A stretch of 64,000 nucleotides of DNA. Origin: Deltaproteobacteria bacterium. GTDB lineage: Bacteria > Desulfobacterota > Desulfobacteria > Desulfobacterales > C00003060. A program made the translations under genes and the position numbers. The DNA lies in contig JAFGFW010000047.1 of NCBI GenBank assembly GCA_016930875.1, positions 65,587 to 129,586 of the forward strand. Reading direction: 5' to 3'. The notes beneath the pieces are model-generated. The model did no database searches and was not told the origin of the DNA. It saw only the letters and a list, made by a program, of their open reading frames with translations. Below, one piece after another: positions 29,449 to 38,001 of this stretch (the stretch's first letter is position 1; every line of letters begins with the position of its first letter).

Positions 29449-30231
29449 ATGACCAAGATCTGTGTGCTGGCCAGCGGGAGCAAGGGAAACGCTATTTTTG
29501 TTTCCAATGATAAAACCGCCATTCTAATTGATGCCGGCCTGTCAGGGACCGAGATAGATCGACGCCTGCGCTCGCGCAACATCAGCCCGGACGCACTTGA
29601 TGCCGTAGTGGTCTCCCATGAACACGGAGATCACATTCACGGTGTGGGCGTCATGTCGCGCCGATTTCACCTTCCGGTTTACATCAATGAGCCAACGCTT
29701 GCGGTATCAAGAACCCGGCTTGGCGCCCTTCATGAGGTTAGACATTTCCAACGCGGCGCTTCCTTTTGCATTGGCAGCCTCAGTATTCATCCCTTTTCCG
29801 TCTCACACGATGCTGCAGATCCCGTGGGTTTTACGATTCGAGATGGTGGCGCCAAAATAGGCATTGCCACCGATCTCGGTGTGGCAACGAAGTTGGTATG
29901 CCATCATCTTGAGGGGTGCAGCCTAATGATCCTCGAAGCGAATCACGATCTCAAGATGCTGGAAGAAGGCCCTTATCCGTGGCATGTCAAACAGCGGATT
30001 TCAAGCCGCTTGGGTCACCTTTCAAATGAGGCCTCGCGTGATCTTCTGGGCGCTGTTGCAGGCAGCAAACTCAAACATGTGATCGTATCCCACATGAGCG
30101 AGACAAACAACGAGCCTGGCAAGGCTTTGTCTGTCGTGGGCGAGGCCGTGAGCCATCAAGCCGCTCGGCTCAGCCTGGCCCCCCAGCACGAGGCAGGAGA
30201 CATGATCATCCTGGATCACACTTGGGGATGA
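29449..30231 (+). CDS. MBL-fold metallo-hydrolase
   Basis: The HxHxDH motif VVSHEHGDHIHG is present with downstream His/Asp ligands. The length is 260 aa. Confidence 0.8.
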   Translation: MTKICVLASGSKGNAIFVSNDKTAILIDAGLSGTEIDRRLRSRNISPDALDAVVVSHEHGDHIHGVGVMSRRFHLPVYINEPTLAVSRTRLGALHEVRHFQRGASFCIGSLSIHPFSVSHDAADPVGFTIRDGGAKIGIATDLGVATKLVCHHLEGCSLMILEANHDLKMLEEGPYPWHVKQRISSRLGHLSNEASRDLLGAVAGSKLKHVIVSHMSETNNEPGKALSVVGEAVSHQAARLSLAPQHEAGDMIILDHTWG

Positions 30232-30254
30232 TTGCGCCGTGTCGTATAATCCGC

Positions 30255-30280
30255 GGCCCGGCTGGGCCTGGCTTTGTTTG
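30255..30280 (+). terminator. Weak terminator-like hairpin after the MBL-hydrolase gene
   Basis: The stem GGCCC-GGCT-GGGCC is followed by the T-rich TGGCTTTGTTTG. It lies between convergent genes. The T tract is poor. Confidence 0.3.
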
Positions 30281-30320
30281 CTGCACATTTTGGCAGGACA
30301 AATTGCCCTTGATCGCACGA

Positions 30321-31211
30321 TCAGTTAAAGAGCTTCATTACATTGTCCGCCTCTGCGAGCGCAAACTCCTGAATGTCACTTATGAGGTTTTTGATTGTCT
30401 CGTAATCGAGGTCAAATCCTTTTTTGATAATGAAATCGAGTTCTGACGAGTTTGCGAATTCATGGAGATCGATCTGTTGCTCATCCGGATGGCACGGGTA
30501 ACCAGCCAGTTTTGTGAGAACGTTTGCAAGGTATATCATGCTGGAATTTGGCCCGGGATTTTCATCACGCCACGGCGCATGATGATATAGGATTTGCGTG
30601 ACAACCTCGTCAGGGAATCTCCACTGCTTGAGGAGTTTTGCTCCGATTTGATAGTGGGTTGTCCCAAGGATCTTCTTTTCCGCTTTACTGAAGGTAGTCT
30701 TGGTCAAGGAGACATGTCCGATGATTTTCAGGAAGTCTTCATGAAAATATTGATCAAGGACGACCTTTCCAATATCGTGAATAAGCCCACCAAGAAAGAA
30801 AGAGCCGTTATTGCGGATATTAAAATGTGTGCCCAATAACCTGGCAACCTGGCTGCATATGATGGCATGTTTCCAGAATCCTGTGCGCTCAAAGGCGTCA
30901 CTTTCACTCTGAGAAAAGAAATTGTATACGGAACAGCCCAGCACAATGGACCTTACCTCATCAATACCCAAAATGACCAAAGCATGCTCAAGAGAACTGA
31001 TCCGGCTCAGAAAGCCGTAAAAAGCAGAGTTTGCAACTCTTAGTATCCTTGCGGCCAATGCCTGGTCTTTTTCGATAATCTCTACGAAATCCTCAAAACG
31101 GGCTTCTTCGTCTCCGGAAAGTTCCATGACCTTCTGGGAAACGACCGGAATGGTCGGTATCTCTTCGATCTTTTCGATCAACCCGTCCAAATTTCTCTTG
31201 GTCTCGCTCAT
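30321..31211 (-). CDS. Stand-alone HDOD-domain signalling protein (296 aa)
   Basis: The HDOD pattern is IPTIPVVSQKVMELSGDEEA.FEDFVEIIEKDQALAARILRVANSAFYGF..RISSLEHALVILG plus the HD-like GGLIHDIGK. It begins 27 nt downstream of the tubulin-like gene. Confidence 0.8.
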   Translation of the reverse strand: MSETKRNLDGLIEKIEEIPTIPVVSQKVMELSGDEEARFEDFVEIIEKDQALAARILRVANSAFYGFLSRISSLEHALVILGIDEVRSIVLGCSVYNFFSQSESDAFERTGFWKHAIICSQVARLLGTHFNIRNNGSFFLGGLIHDIGKVVLDQYFHEDFLKIIGHVSLTKTTFSKAEKKILGTTHYQIGAKLLKQWRFPDEVVTQILYHHAPWRDENPGPNSSMIYLANVLTKLAGYPCHPDEQQIDLHEFANSSELDFIIKKGFDLDYETIKNLISDIQEFALAEADNVMKLFN

Positions 31212-31238
31212 TGTCCTGCCCCAACGACAACTCCTGTT

Positions 31239-33611
31239 TTAGGCGTCAAGGAGTGGAAGTTTTTCGTCCAGGTTGCCCATAATATGCCCGGCGGCTGACT
31301 CACCACGACCACGGAGTTCCTTGAACTCTTCATTAATCCGGTGTAAATAGCTCATTGCAATGAATGGAAACCCCTCCTCATGCTTTGTCACAATAACGTT
31401 GAAGGGGTTTTCCGTCTCTATATGGGAATACCCCACGAACAAATCATCCTTGTACTTCTCGTAGAAGTTTCTTGTGCATATCACGAAACAGGATTGACTG
31501 GTTTCCAGAGTGGGGAACCTGTCACGATCCAATTTCAGGGTCATGAAGAATTGACCAAGCATTGATTCAACATAATCATACACCTTTTTGTCCATACAAA
31601 ATAGCTCATCCACAACCCCGCTGAACTGATTCAAGTCAGGCTTCATGATTTCCAAGACTCTTTCAAGATATTCTCTCTCCTTGAAGTTCCCATTTTGCGG
31701 TATCTGAGCACCCAGTTTTGCTATAACCTCCTGAGTAGGCATTACGTCAAGTCTTGAATAGATTTGTTCCATCAGGTGTTCAGTGACTTCGTCAAATTGC
31801 GCTTTGTTATAAGTAAAAGCGCTCCGGCCTATACGTTTTATCTTATCCACCTCGCGGTCAATTTCTGAAATTAGTCCGTTGTATTTGAAAACGCTGTTCT
31901 TTAACATGCCCTGTTTGTTCCGAACAGATTTCAACAACGAATCGTAAATATGCTTCAACAAAAGATAATCATATTTTCCCTTTTTCTGCTCTTGTATCTT
32001 TGAAGCAACATCCAGGATTTGATTCACGAGGGAGATGGTGGGTGACTGGCCTCCGAGTTTTACCACAAGTTCTCCAATCCCGCTTTTCTTCCTCGATACA
32101 GTTGCCAGCCTCTCCAGCAGACTGTTCAAAGCCTTCTGGTTTGCGCCTTGAAAAAGGTCCTCTTCGAGTTTTGAGATACCTTCAGCTACATCTGTTATCT
32201 TTTCGTCAAGAAGCGATGACAACCTTTCATAGAAGAGAAAGGCAGCTTTCAAAGAATTGGCGGAAGTCAGGATTATCTCGTCGCCTGCTTGCGAGAAGAT
32301 GTTAACGGCTTTCTCAACAAACCATGAGACGTCATCGAGTTTCTTTTTCTTCTCAAACCGCTCAGCGGCAGTCTCATGCATTTCGGCAATTTTATCCATT
32401 AAGAACTCGTAGATCTTTTCCTCCGATACACCTGCTTGATTTATGGTTTCCGCGGTCAGACTGGGAATGTCGATTTTAAACAGGTCAAGTATGTCGTCTT
32501 CATTAAGATTGCTCTCAAAAAAAGAAGACATGGCTCTGCCTTTTATCTTTTCCGCATCCTGGTGGTTGACCGGTTTGACTAGTTCCTCAAAAAGGCGCCT
32601 TGCCATATGGAGATGAAATACTTGCGGAAGGCAATCGGCTTTAAGACCGGCAACATTCATGGTCATGAGAGCTGTGGGATGGGCGTTTCCATTTTTGCCT
32701 TTCCATTCGCGCTCCAGTATGTGAGCAGAATAGTTGACTCTATCACCGTCCAGATAGCTTCCAAGTTTTGTTGTTTCCAGTGTTGAAATGCACTGCGCAA
32801 TAGTTGCTGCAATGGCCTGGTATTTCAGTGATGTCTCTGCGCACCCTCCGGAAAAGGCATACACCCTATGAGCTATTCTGCCATCAAACATCCTTTGGTC
32901 TCTCACCCCATTCTTGCCGGGATATCTCAACCCATTCCTGCCGGCCATGGCATATTCCCATAACATGGCAGATGCCACGCAGTTTCTTTCCACACTGTCT
33001 TCCTGCACATTCTGCAAGCCGAGATAACCTTCTGAAGTGGCAAGGAACACCTCCACTCGTATTTTCTTTTCCCTTAACCTGTTTCTTATTCTGTACAAAA
33101 AGGGTATGGTCATTCCATTGCTAACGGAGCCACCCATTCCGGAAATGACTATCAGTTTGAGTTTTTTTCCGGGATTCTTTGCCCTGACATCATCGATTAG
33201 GCGAAGAGCTTCTCTTGTAATGAGAAGATCGTCGTATTTGTGAAAGGCAACAAAACCAACGGCAGGAACCCCTTTGCAGCCACCTTCGATGTCACATAAT
33301 AGATTAGTAGGTATGTGAGCTACCTGCTCCATAAGCTGCTCGTTCTCTTCGTTTTCTATGTAAACGTCGCCATCAAATTCATCCAGATGGATAAAGTAAT
33401 CTGACTCACGCTCCAGGTCTAAACGATCTCTGTGTGGTTTTTCAGTATCAAATGCCAGGAAACTCACCTTGTCTTCGGGGATACCGAGTCTCGTGAATTC
33501 AGCATGCAAGAGAGATAGTACATATCTTCCAAACCCACCAAAGGTCAAAAAGATTAGCGCCTGGTCCTCGTAGAACTTGTTACTGGCTGATATAAGATGT
33601 CTTAACATCAT
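31239..33611 (-). CDS. Large divergent tubulin/FtsZ-superfamily-like protein (Tubulin_2-like N-domain plus a helical region of about 500 aa), 790 aa
   Basis: The N-terminal domain has the order of blocks I associate with bacterial 'tubulin-like' proteins. These are LIFLTFGGFGRYVL..(G-box-like)..VSFLAFDTE..GGCKGVPAVGFVAFHKY..LKLIVISGMGGSVSNGMTIPFLYRIR (T4-loop-like). The remainder looks long, helical and coiled-coil-like. No signal peptide is present. The assignment is by eye only. Confidence 0.45.
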   Translation of the reverse strand: MMLRHLISASNKFYEDQALIFLTFGGFGRYVLSLLHAEFTRLGIPEDKVSFLAFDTEKPHRDRLDLERESDYFIHLDEFDGDVYIENEENEQLMEQVAHIPTNLLCDIEGGCKGVPAVGFVAFHKYDDLLITREALRLIDDVRAKNPGKKLKLIVISGMGGSVSNGMTIPFLYRIRNRLREKKIRVEVFLATSEGYLGLQNVQEDSVERNCVASAMLWEYAMAGRNGLRYPGKNGVRDQRMFDGRIAHRVYAFSGGCAETSLKYQAIAATIAQCISTLETTKLGSYLDGDRVNYSAHILEREWKGKNGNAHPTALMTMNVAGLKADCLPQVFHLHMARRLFEELVKPVNHQDAEKIKGRAMSSFFESNLNEDDILDLFKIDIPSLTAETINQAGVSEEKIYEFLMDKIAEMHETAAERFEKKKKLDDVSWFVEKAVNIFSQAGDEIILTSANSLKAAFLFYERLSSLLDEKITDVAEGISKLEEDLFQGANQKALNSLLERLATVSRKKSGIGELVVKLGGQSPTISLVNQILDVASKIQEQKKGKYDYLLLKHIYDSLLKSVRNKQGMLKNSVFKYNGLISEIDREVDKIKRIGRSAFTYNKAQFDEVTEHLMEQIYSRLDVMPTQEVIAKLGAQIPQNGNFKEREYLERVLEIMKPDLNQFSGVVDELFCMDKKVYDYVESMLGQFFMTLKLDRDRFPTLETSQSCFVICTRNFYEKYKDDLFVGYSHIETENPFNVIVTKHEEGFPFIAMSYLHRINEEFKELRGRGESAAGHIMGNLDEKLPLLDA

Positions 33612-33645
33612 GAATGTCTCCTTTCTGTCAGTTTTTTTGTTGAGG

Positions 33646-34839
33646 TTACACCTTGATGGGCATCTTCCTTCTGATTTTGCTTATTAGGTAAAAGGAAATG
33701 AAAAGGGTAGCGACAAGCGCAGCCAGCCCTCTCCAAACATAAAACGATAAATAGCCTGCTTTTTTGAATTTCACATGAAACTGTGATGGTTTGATTACAA
33801 GAGTGCCGAAGTGCTTTTGAGATGGGAAGAGGTCAAGCTTCCCTTTGTACGTACCAGGTTTGAGTTCGTTGGATTGTGCTAGTTGAAAGTTAAACAGCAT
33901 TTTGTCTTTCGTAGTTCTTATCTCTAAAGGATAGTCCTGTGGAATTTCAGAAGGGTTGTTCGGATCAAAACTGATGCGTCCGGTTATCGGAGGCGGCTCG
34001 TTGATTTTGTCCCCCCGTACGTTGAAAGAGACATGTTTTTGGTATTGCCCCACACGGTCATAAGGGATTGTGCCGAAATTTATTGCTCTCAAATCCGGCA
34101 GTTCAAGGCTGGATCTCACTGTTTCAGCAAAATTGGTCAAGGCTTTCTCTAATGACAGGCGATTAAAATCTGTCAGATCGACAAGATGTGCCCCCTTGCC
34201 CAACTTCGCTACAAGAGACTTCGCATCATTGAATGCTTCCCATTTCAAGACACCAAGCCAGGCATTCAATTCATGCTCCCTCCCAAGTAGTGAGATCTTC
34301 TTAAAGTTCTCCATATCTTTTTTCTTCCTTGCCTCTTTTTTCTCTTTTGACCATTTGTTGGAATATGGTTCAGACTTTCCGTCTGTGAATACGTACAGTG
34401 CGTTGGTGTGAAAAAATTTACTATATTGTCCTGCGAAATCCGTAGCCTGGACGATAGCTTCAGAAATGAATGTCAAGCTGCCACTCTTCTTGTTCAGCCT
34501 GACCAGTCTATCTTTGATCGGAAGGATATCATTTTCGGTCTGGTACAGGGCTGTTGCTTCCAGTTTCACTCCTTCATCAAACGAAAAAATAGTTATCCTG
34601 TCTCCGGCCTTAATGATATTCTTGCTGCCGTCGAGAAATTCGGCGCCAATTTTGTCTGTAATTACTCTTAGCAGGTCTATATGACCTTTCCTTTTCATAC
34701 TTCCACTTGTATCGATACAAAATATCCAGTGAACGTTAGGTGAGTAGCTTTTTCCGCAGCAATCGGGTTTTATGACGCTGAACAAACACGTGAATATGAC
34801 AAATGTGCAGATCGATATCATGTATTTTTTTCGGTGCAT
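33646..34839 (-). CDS. Membrane-anchored von Willebrand factor A (vWA) domain protein, 397 aa
   Basis: The N-terminal signal/anchor is ISICTFVIFTCLFSV. The MIDAS residues appear intact: DTSGS in IFCIDTSGSMKR, a Thr in GSLTFISEAI and an Asp in YVFTDG. The C-terminal TM helix is GLAALVATLFISFYLI, followed by a basic tail KIRRKMPIKV. Confidence 0.7.
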   Translation of the reverse strand: MHRKKYMISICTFVIFTCLFSVIKPDCCGKSYSPNVHWIFCIDTSGSMKRKGHIDLLRVITDKIGAEFLDGSKNIIKAGDRITIFSFDEGVKLEATALYQTENDILPIKDRLVRLNKKSGSLTFISEAIVQATDFAGQYSKFFHTNALYVFTDGKSEPYSNKWSKEKKEARKKKDMENFKKISLLGREHELNAWLGVLKWEAFNDAKSLVAKLGKGAHLVDLTDFNRLSLEKALTNFAETVRSSLELPDLRAINFGTIPYDRVGQYQKHVSFNVRGDKINEPPPITGRISFDPNNPSEIPQDYPLEIRTTKDKMLFNFQLAQSNELKPGTYKGKLDLFPSQKHFGTLVIKPSQFHVKFKKAGYLSFYVWRGLAALVATLFISFYLISKIRRKMPIKV

Positions 34840-35409
34840 TTTACTCCTCCTGTAAGTACGTGAAGGAACCTGACTTCAATGAGGTGTTTTGGTAGAAATA
34901 TTTGGCTCCTCTCAGTCAAAAAGTGGGCGACTCATCCAATGGCCGCGGATAACGTTTCCGGATGAACCGCAACGTTTTGTCGGAGCGTTACGCAACTTGC
35001 ATGCCATTGCCTATAAGTACTTCAGACGGAGACTTCTTCAATGGATTCTTTTTTCGACTGAGCGAACTAGATATGAAGAAGATTATTGAATACGCGAGTC
35101 TATGAAATTCGTGCCTGGAGTGTTGATTGAAAAGGCTTTAAGGCAGGTGGGGAGACCCCATGAATGTAGTAAAAAGGGCCGTGTGAAAAGCCAGTCGGAC
35201 TTTGTTGCGCCTTTTTCTGGAAAGGAGGGGTCGAGACGGGTTTTAGTGATTTGCGGGGGATATGTTTCTTCATCGCAATTACAATATTGAAACCTAACTT
35301 TCGGGCTGGCGGACTAAGGTGCTATTATCGCATTTCAAGATTCTTTTCTGTCCTGCACTGGTCAAATAGCCCATTGTCAAACTAAACCCATTCTGGTAGG
35401 TTTTTTGCC

Positions 35410-37098
35410 ATGAAAAATCGCGAAAAAGCAAAGCTGCTCAAGAGGATTCTGGACAGTCAGGGCCTTCGCTCGTTATCGCCTCTTGCCATCAAGTTGGTTG
35501 AACTCGCTGCGGACGACCGGAGCTCTGCACGGGATTTGGCCGCAATCATTGAACAGGACCCTGGTCTGGCTACGCGGCTTCTGAGATTAGTTGGCAGCGC
35601 TTTTTTTGCTCGGCCACAGCCGGTCGCCTCTATCTCCCAGGCAGTTGTCCTGGTAGGTTTCAAGAGGGTGCGCATCATGGGTTTAACCCTTTCTCTGCGG
35701 GACACATTTCCCATGGGCGGGACAGAGGGCATGGACTACAATCATTTCTGGAAGACCTCTTTGTATCGAGCGCTCATTGCACATGATTTTGCCCAGTGCG
35801 CGCAGCCACGCAGCCTCGATCCGGGAGAAGCCTTTGTGGCGGGCTTGATCCTGGAAATCGGCATGCTCATGCTTTACCATGCGGCTTGTCCCGAGGAGAT
35901 GAGGAAGAGCTTTCCTGGCGGGAATCTGCCCCTGGAAAAGGCCGTTTCCTGGGAGGAGAAAAATCTGGGTGTCAACCACAGGGAGGTAGGGAGCCTCATT
36001 CTGCGACGCTGGCGGTTTTCAGCCGATCTGGTGGATAGCCAGAGTTATTTCGGGACGGGGGCCATTGAGGCAGACAAGCCGATTCTGTGCAGGGTGGTGG
36101 AGCTGGCAAGGAGAGCAACGGAAATCGTATTCGGTCAAACCGCGGATTTGCATGAGCTGCAAAGGCTGGCTCAAGACCTCCTGAAGTTGGAACCGCAGGG
36201 GGTGAACGTCATTCTGTCAGAGGCATTTGATAAGGTTGAAGACTTGGCCGAGCAACTCCTTATCGAGGTTGATTCACAGACCGACATAGTAAGGGTAATG
36301 GAAAACGCAAATCAGGCCCTCGGTCGGATAAACGCCTCCATGGACACCTCCCTTCAGGGGCTTTTGGACCAGGTGGGTCGGTATGACCGATCACTGAACC
36401 GGATATCTGAGGAGATGAGCCAAAGCCGCAGAGATATCCTTCAAAACACTCTGGACGCGGTGGCCCACGAGATTCGCAACCCACTGCTTGCCATCGGGGG
36501 CTTTGCCAGGAGGCTCGCACACCAGGCCGGCGCAGAAGATCATGGCAGGCAATATGCCAAAATCATTGCCGAAGAGTCTATACGGCTGGAGCGCATCTTA
36601 AAGGAGATCCTGGAATATACACGAGCTTACGAGCCCACTTTTGCCGAGAAAGACCTTGTTAGAGTAACAGACAAGATCCTTGATGAATTTCGAGATCTCT
36701 TCCACGAAAAAGGCATCGACGTGGTCAGGCATTTTCCTGAAGAACCGGTCCGGGTCCCTGTGGACACGGACGGAATTTCCAGGGTGTTGCGACAGCTTGT
36801 GAAGAACGCCATTGGCATGATTGGTCAAGACGGTGGCGCTGTAGCCGTGACCGTTCAACCCTTCCGGCAAACCAGACAAGTATGCATCGGCATTTCTGAC
36901 AACGGGCGCCCCATGCCGGATGACATACGAGATGCCTTAGAGGAGTCGAATCCTTCCACCAAGACCTTTAGCGTCGGCCTGGGTCTTCCCATGGCACGAA
37001 AAATCATAGAAGCTCACAATGGCAGAATTGAGTTGGAAATCCAGGATGGCGTGGGAAATAGCGTGAGGTTTTTCCTTCCGATGTTGCAGTCTCATTGA
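35410..37098 (+). CDS. HDOD-domain sensor histidine kinase (562 aa)
   Basis: The N-terminal HDOD reads LAIKLVELAADDRSSARDLAAIIEQDPGLATRLLRLVGSAFF...QAVVLVGF. The H-box is LDAVAHEIRNPL. The HATPase_c G-boxes are ISDNGRPMP and GLGLPMARKIIEAHNG. Confidence 0.85.
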   Translation: MKNREKAKLLKRILDSQGLRSLSPLAIKLVELAADDRSSARDLAAIIEQDPGLATRLLRLVGSAFFARPQPVASISQAVVLVGFKRVRIMGLTLSLRDTFPMGGTEGMDYNHFWKTSLYRALIAHDFAQCAQPRSLDPGEAFVAGLILEIGMLMLYHAACPEEMRKSFPGGNLPLEKAVSWEEKNLGVNHREVGSLILRRWRFSADLVDSQSYFGTGAIEADKPILCRVVELARRATEIVFGQTADLHELQRLAQDLLKLEPQGVNVILSEAFDKVEDLAEQLLIEVDSQTDIVRVMENANQALGRINASMDTSLQGLLDQVGRYDRSLNRISEEMSQSRRDILQNTLDAVAHEIRNPLLAIGGFARRLAHQAGAEDHGRQYAKIIAEESIRLERILKEILEYTRAYEPTFAEKDLVRVTDKILDEFRDLFHEKGIDVVRHFPEEPVRVPVDTDGISRVLRQLVKNAIGMIGQDGGAVAVTVQPFRQTRQVCIGISDNGRPMPDDIRDALEESNPSTKTFSVGLGLPMARKIIEAHNGRIELEIQDGVGNSVRFFLPMLQSH

Positions 37099-37194
37099 TT
37101 TTCTGATTCAGAAATACCCCGGCTGTTGATGTCCTTGCTTTCAAGTTTTTCAGCTCAGATGCCGATAATACCTGAAAGGAAGGAGACCGCTGAA

Positions 37195-37761
37195 ATGTTT
37201 AAATTTAAGACCATTACCCGTTCAACGTACCTTGTTATCTGCCTTGGGGTTTTTGTTGGATGCATGAGCACTGATCATTATGTCAAACAAGATGCAAAAT
37301 TTTCTCGATTCAAACGGGCGGCTGTCCTGCCATTTGCTCCTCCACCTGAAGTGCCGAAGGAACAAGCATCCGGCATCTGTGAAGGCGTGGCTGATATTGT
37401 TGCCACGCAGCTCCTGAAAAAAGGATGGGACGTGGTAGAGCGTGCCCGCGTGCAAGCGATCTTTGAGGAGCGCAATCTTGAAATAAGCGAGTTCCCGGTA
37501 GGAACCAATCTCGACAAAGTGCGTCAGCTGTTGGCGGTCGATTGTTTTGTGACCGGGTCCATAACGGAGTGGCGTGAATTCATAGCCTTTCGTAATGACG
37601 GTGGTGTCGGGATTACCATAAAAATCTATGACGGCTACACAGGTCAATTAGTGTGGTCAGGCTCCGGCAATAGCACTGTAACTTTGCTTGATGATAAACG
37701 ACAGAGCTATCATGCCCAGAGAATCATAAAAGACCTTTGCAACAACATTCCTGCTGGCTAG
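37195..37761 (+). CDS. Putative lipoprotein (CsgG/LpoB-like alpha/beta fold suspected)
   Basis: An AAGGAG RBS precedes ATG 37195. The lipobox is GVFVGC. RAAVLPFA.....GICEGVADIVATQLLKKGWDVVERARVQAIFEERNL resembles small periplasmic lipoproteins of the CsgG/LpoB type. The function call is tentative. Confidence 0.5.
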   Translation: MFKFKTITRSTYLVICLGVFVGCMSTDHYVKQDAKFSRFKRAAVLPFAPPPEVPKEQASGICEGVADIVATQLLKKGWDVVERARVQAIFEERNLEISEFPVGTNLDKVRQLLAVDCFVTGSITEWREFIAFRNDGGVGITIKIYDGYTGQLVWSGSGNSTVTLLDDKRQSYHAQRIIKDLCNNIPAG

Positions 37762-37777
37762 AAAACGGTTTAATGAT

Positions 37778-37954
37778 ATGAAAGAACACAACCACACTGA
37801 TCATGACTATGAGATGCGTCAACGTTTCGCCGAGCAAACTGCAAAGCTCTGGGAAGAATGTAAGAAAAAGGAGGAGCGTGACTGGCTGCGCGTAGGGGAG
37901 GCCCTCACGGATATGCACCTCCAAGATGATCGGTCTAAGGCAACTTCCCAATAG
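37778..37954 (+). CDS. Possible small ORF (58 aa, below the ORF-track cutoff)
   Basis: It reads ATG...TAG and encodes MKEHNHTDHDYEMRQRFAEQTAKLWEECKKKEERDWLRVGEALTDMHLQDDRSKATSQ. The sequence is charged and helical-looking. There is no convincing Shine-Dalgarno. Confidence 0.2.
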   Translation: MKEHNHTDHDYEMRQRFAEQTAKLWEECKKKEERDWLRVGEALTDMHLQDDRSKATSQ

Positions 37955-38001
37955 CTTGGTTTCCCCCCACGGAGAACGAACTACCCGGGTTCTTTGATGA
38001 G

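Noticed and set aside
34889-35290. Two 62-66-aa plus-strand ORFs in the 570-bp divergent region.
   Set aside because: They have no Shine-Dalgarno, no hydrophobic or motif features, and a composition like the surrounding non-coding DNA. The region is treated as regulatory.
35306-35323. A sigma54 (-24/-12) promoter upstream of the HDOD-kinase gene (CTGGCGGACTAAGGTGCT).
   Set aside because: The GG-to-GC spacing is one nt longer than the consensus TGGCACG-N4-TTGC, and the -12 region is poor. No enhancer-binding protein gene is nearby.
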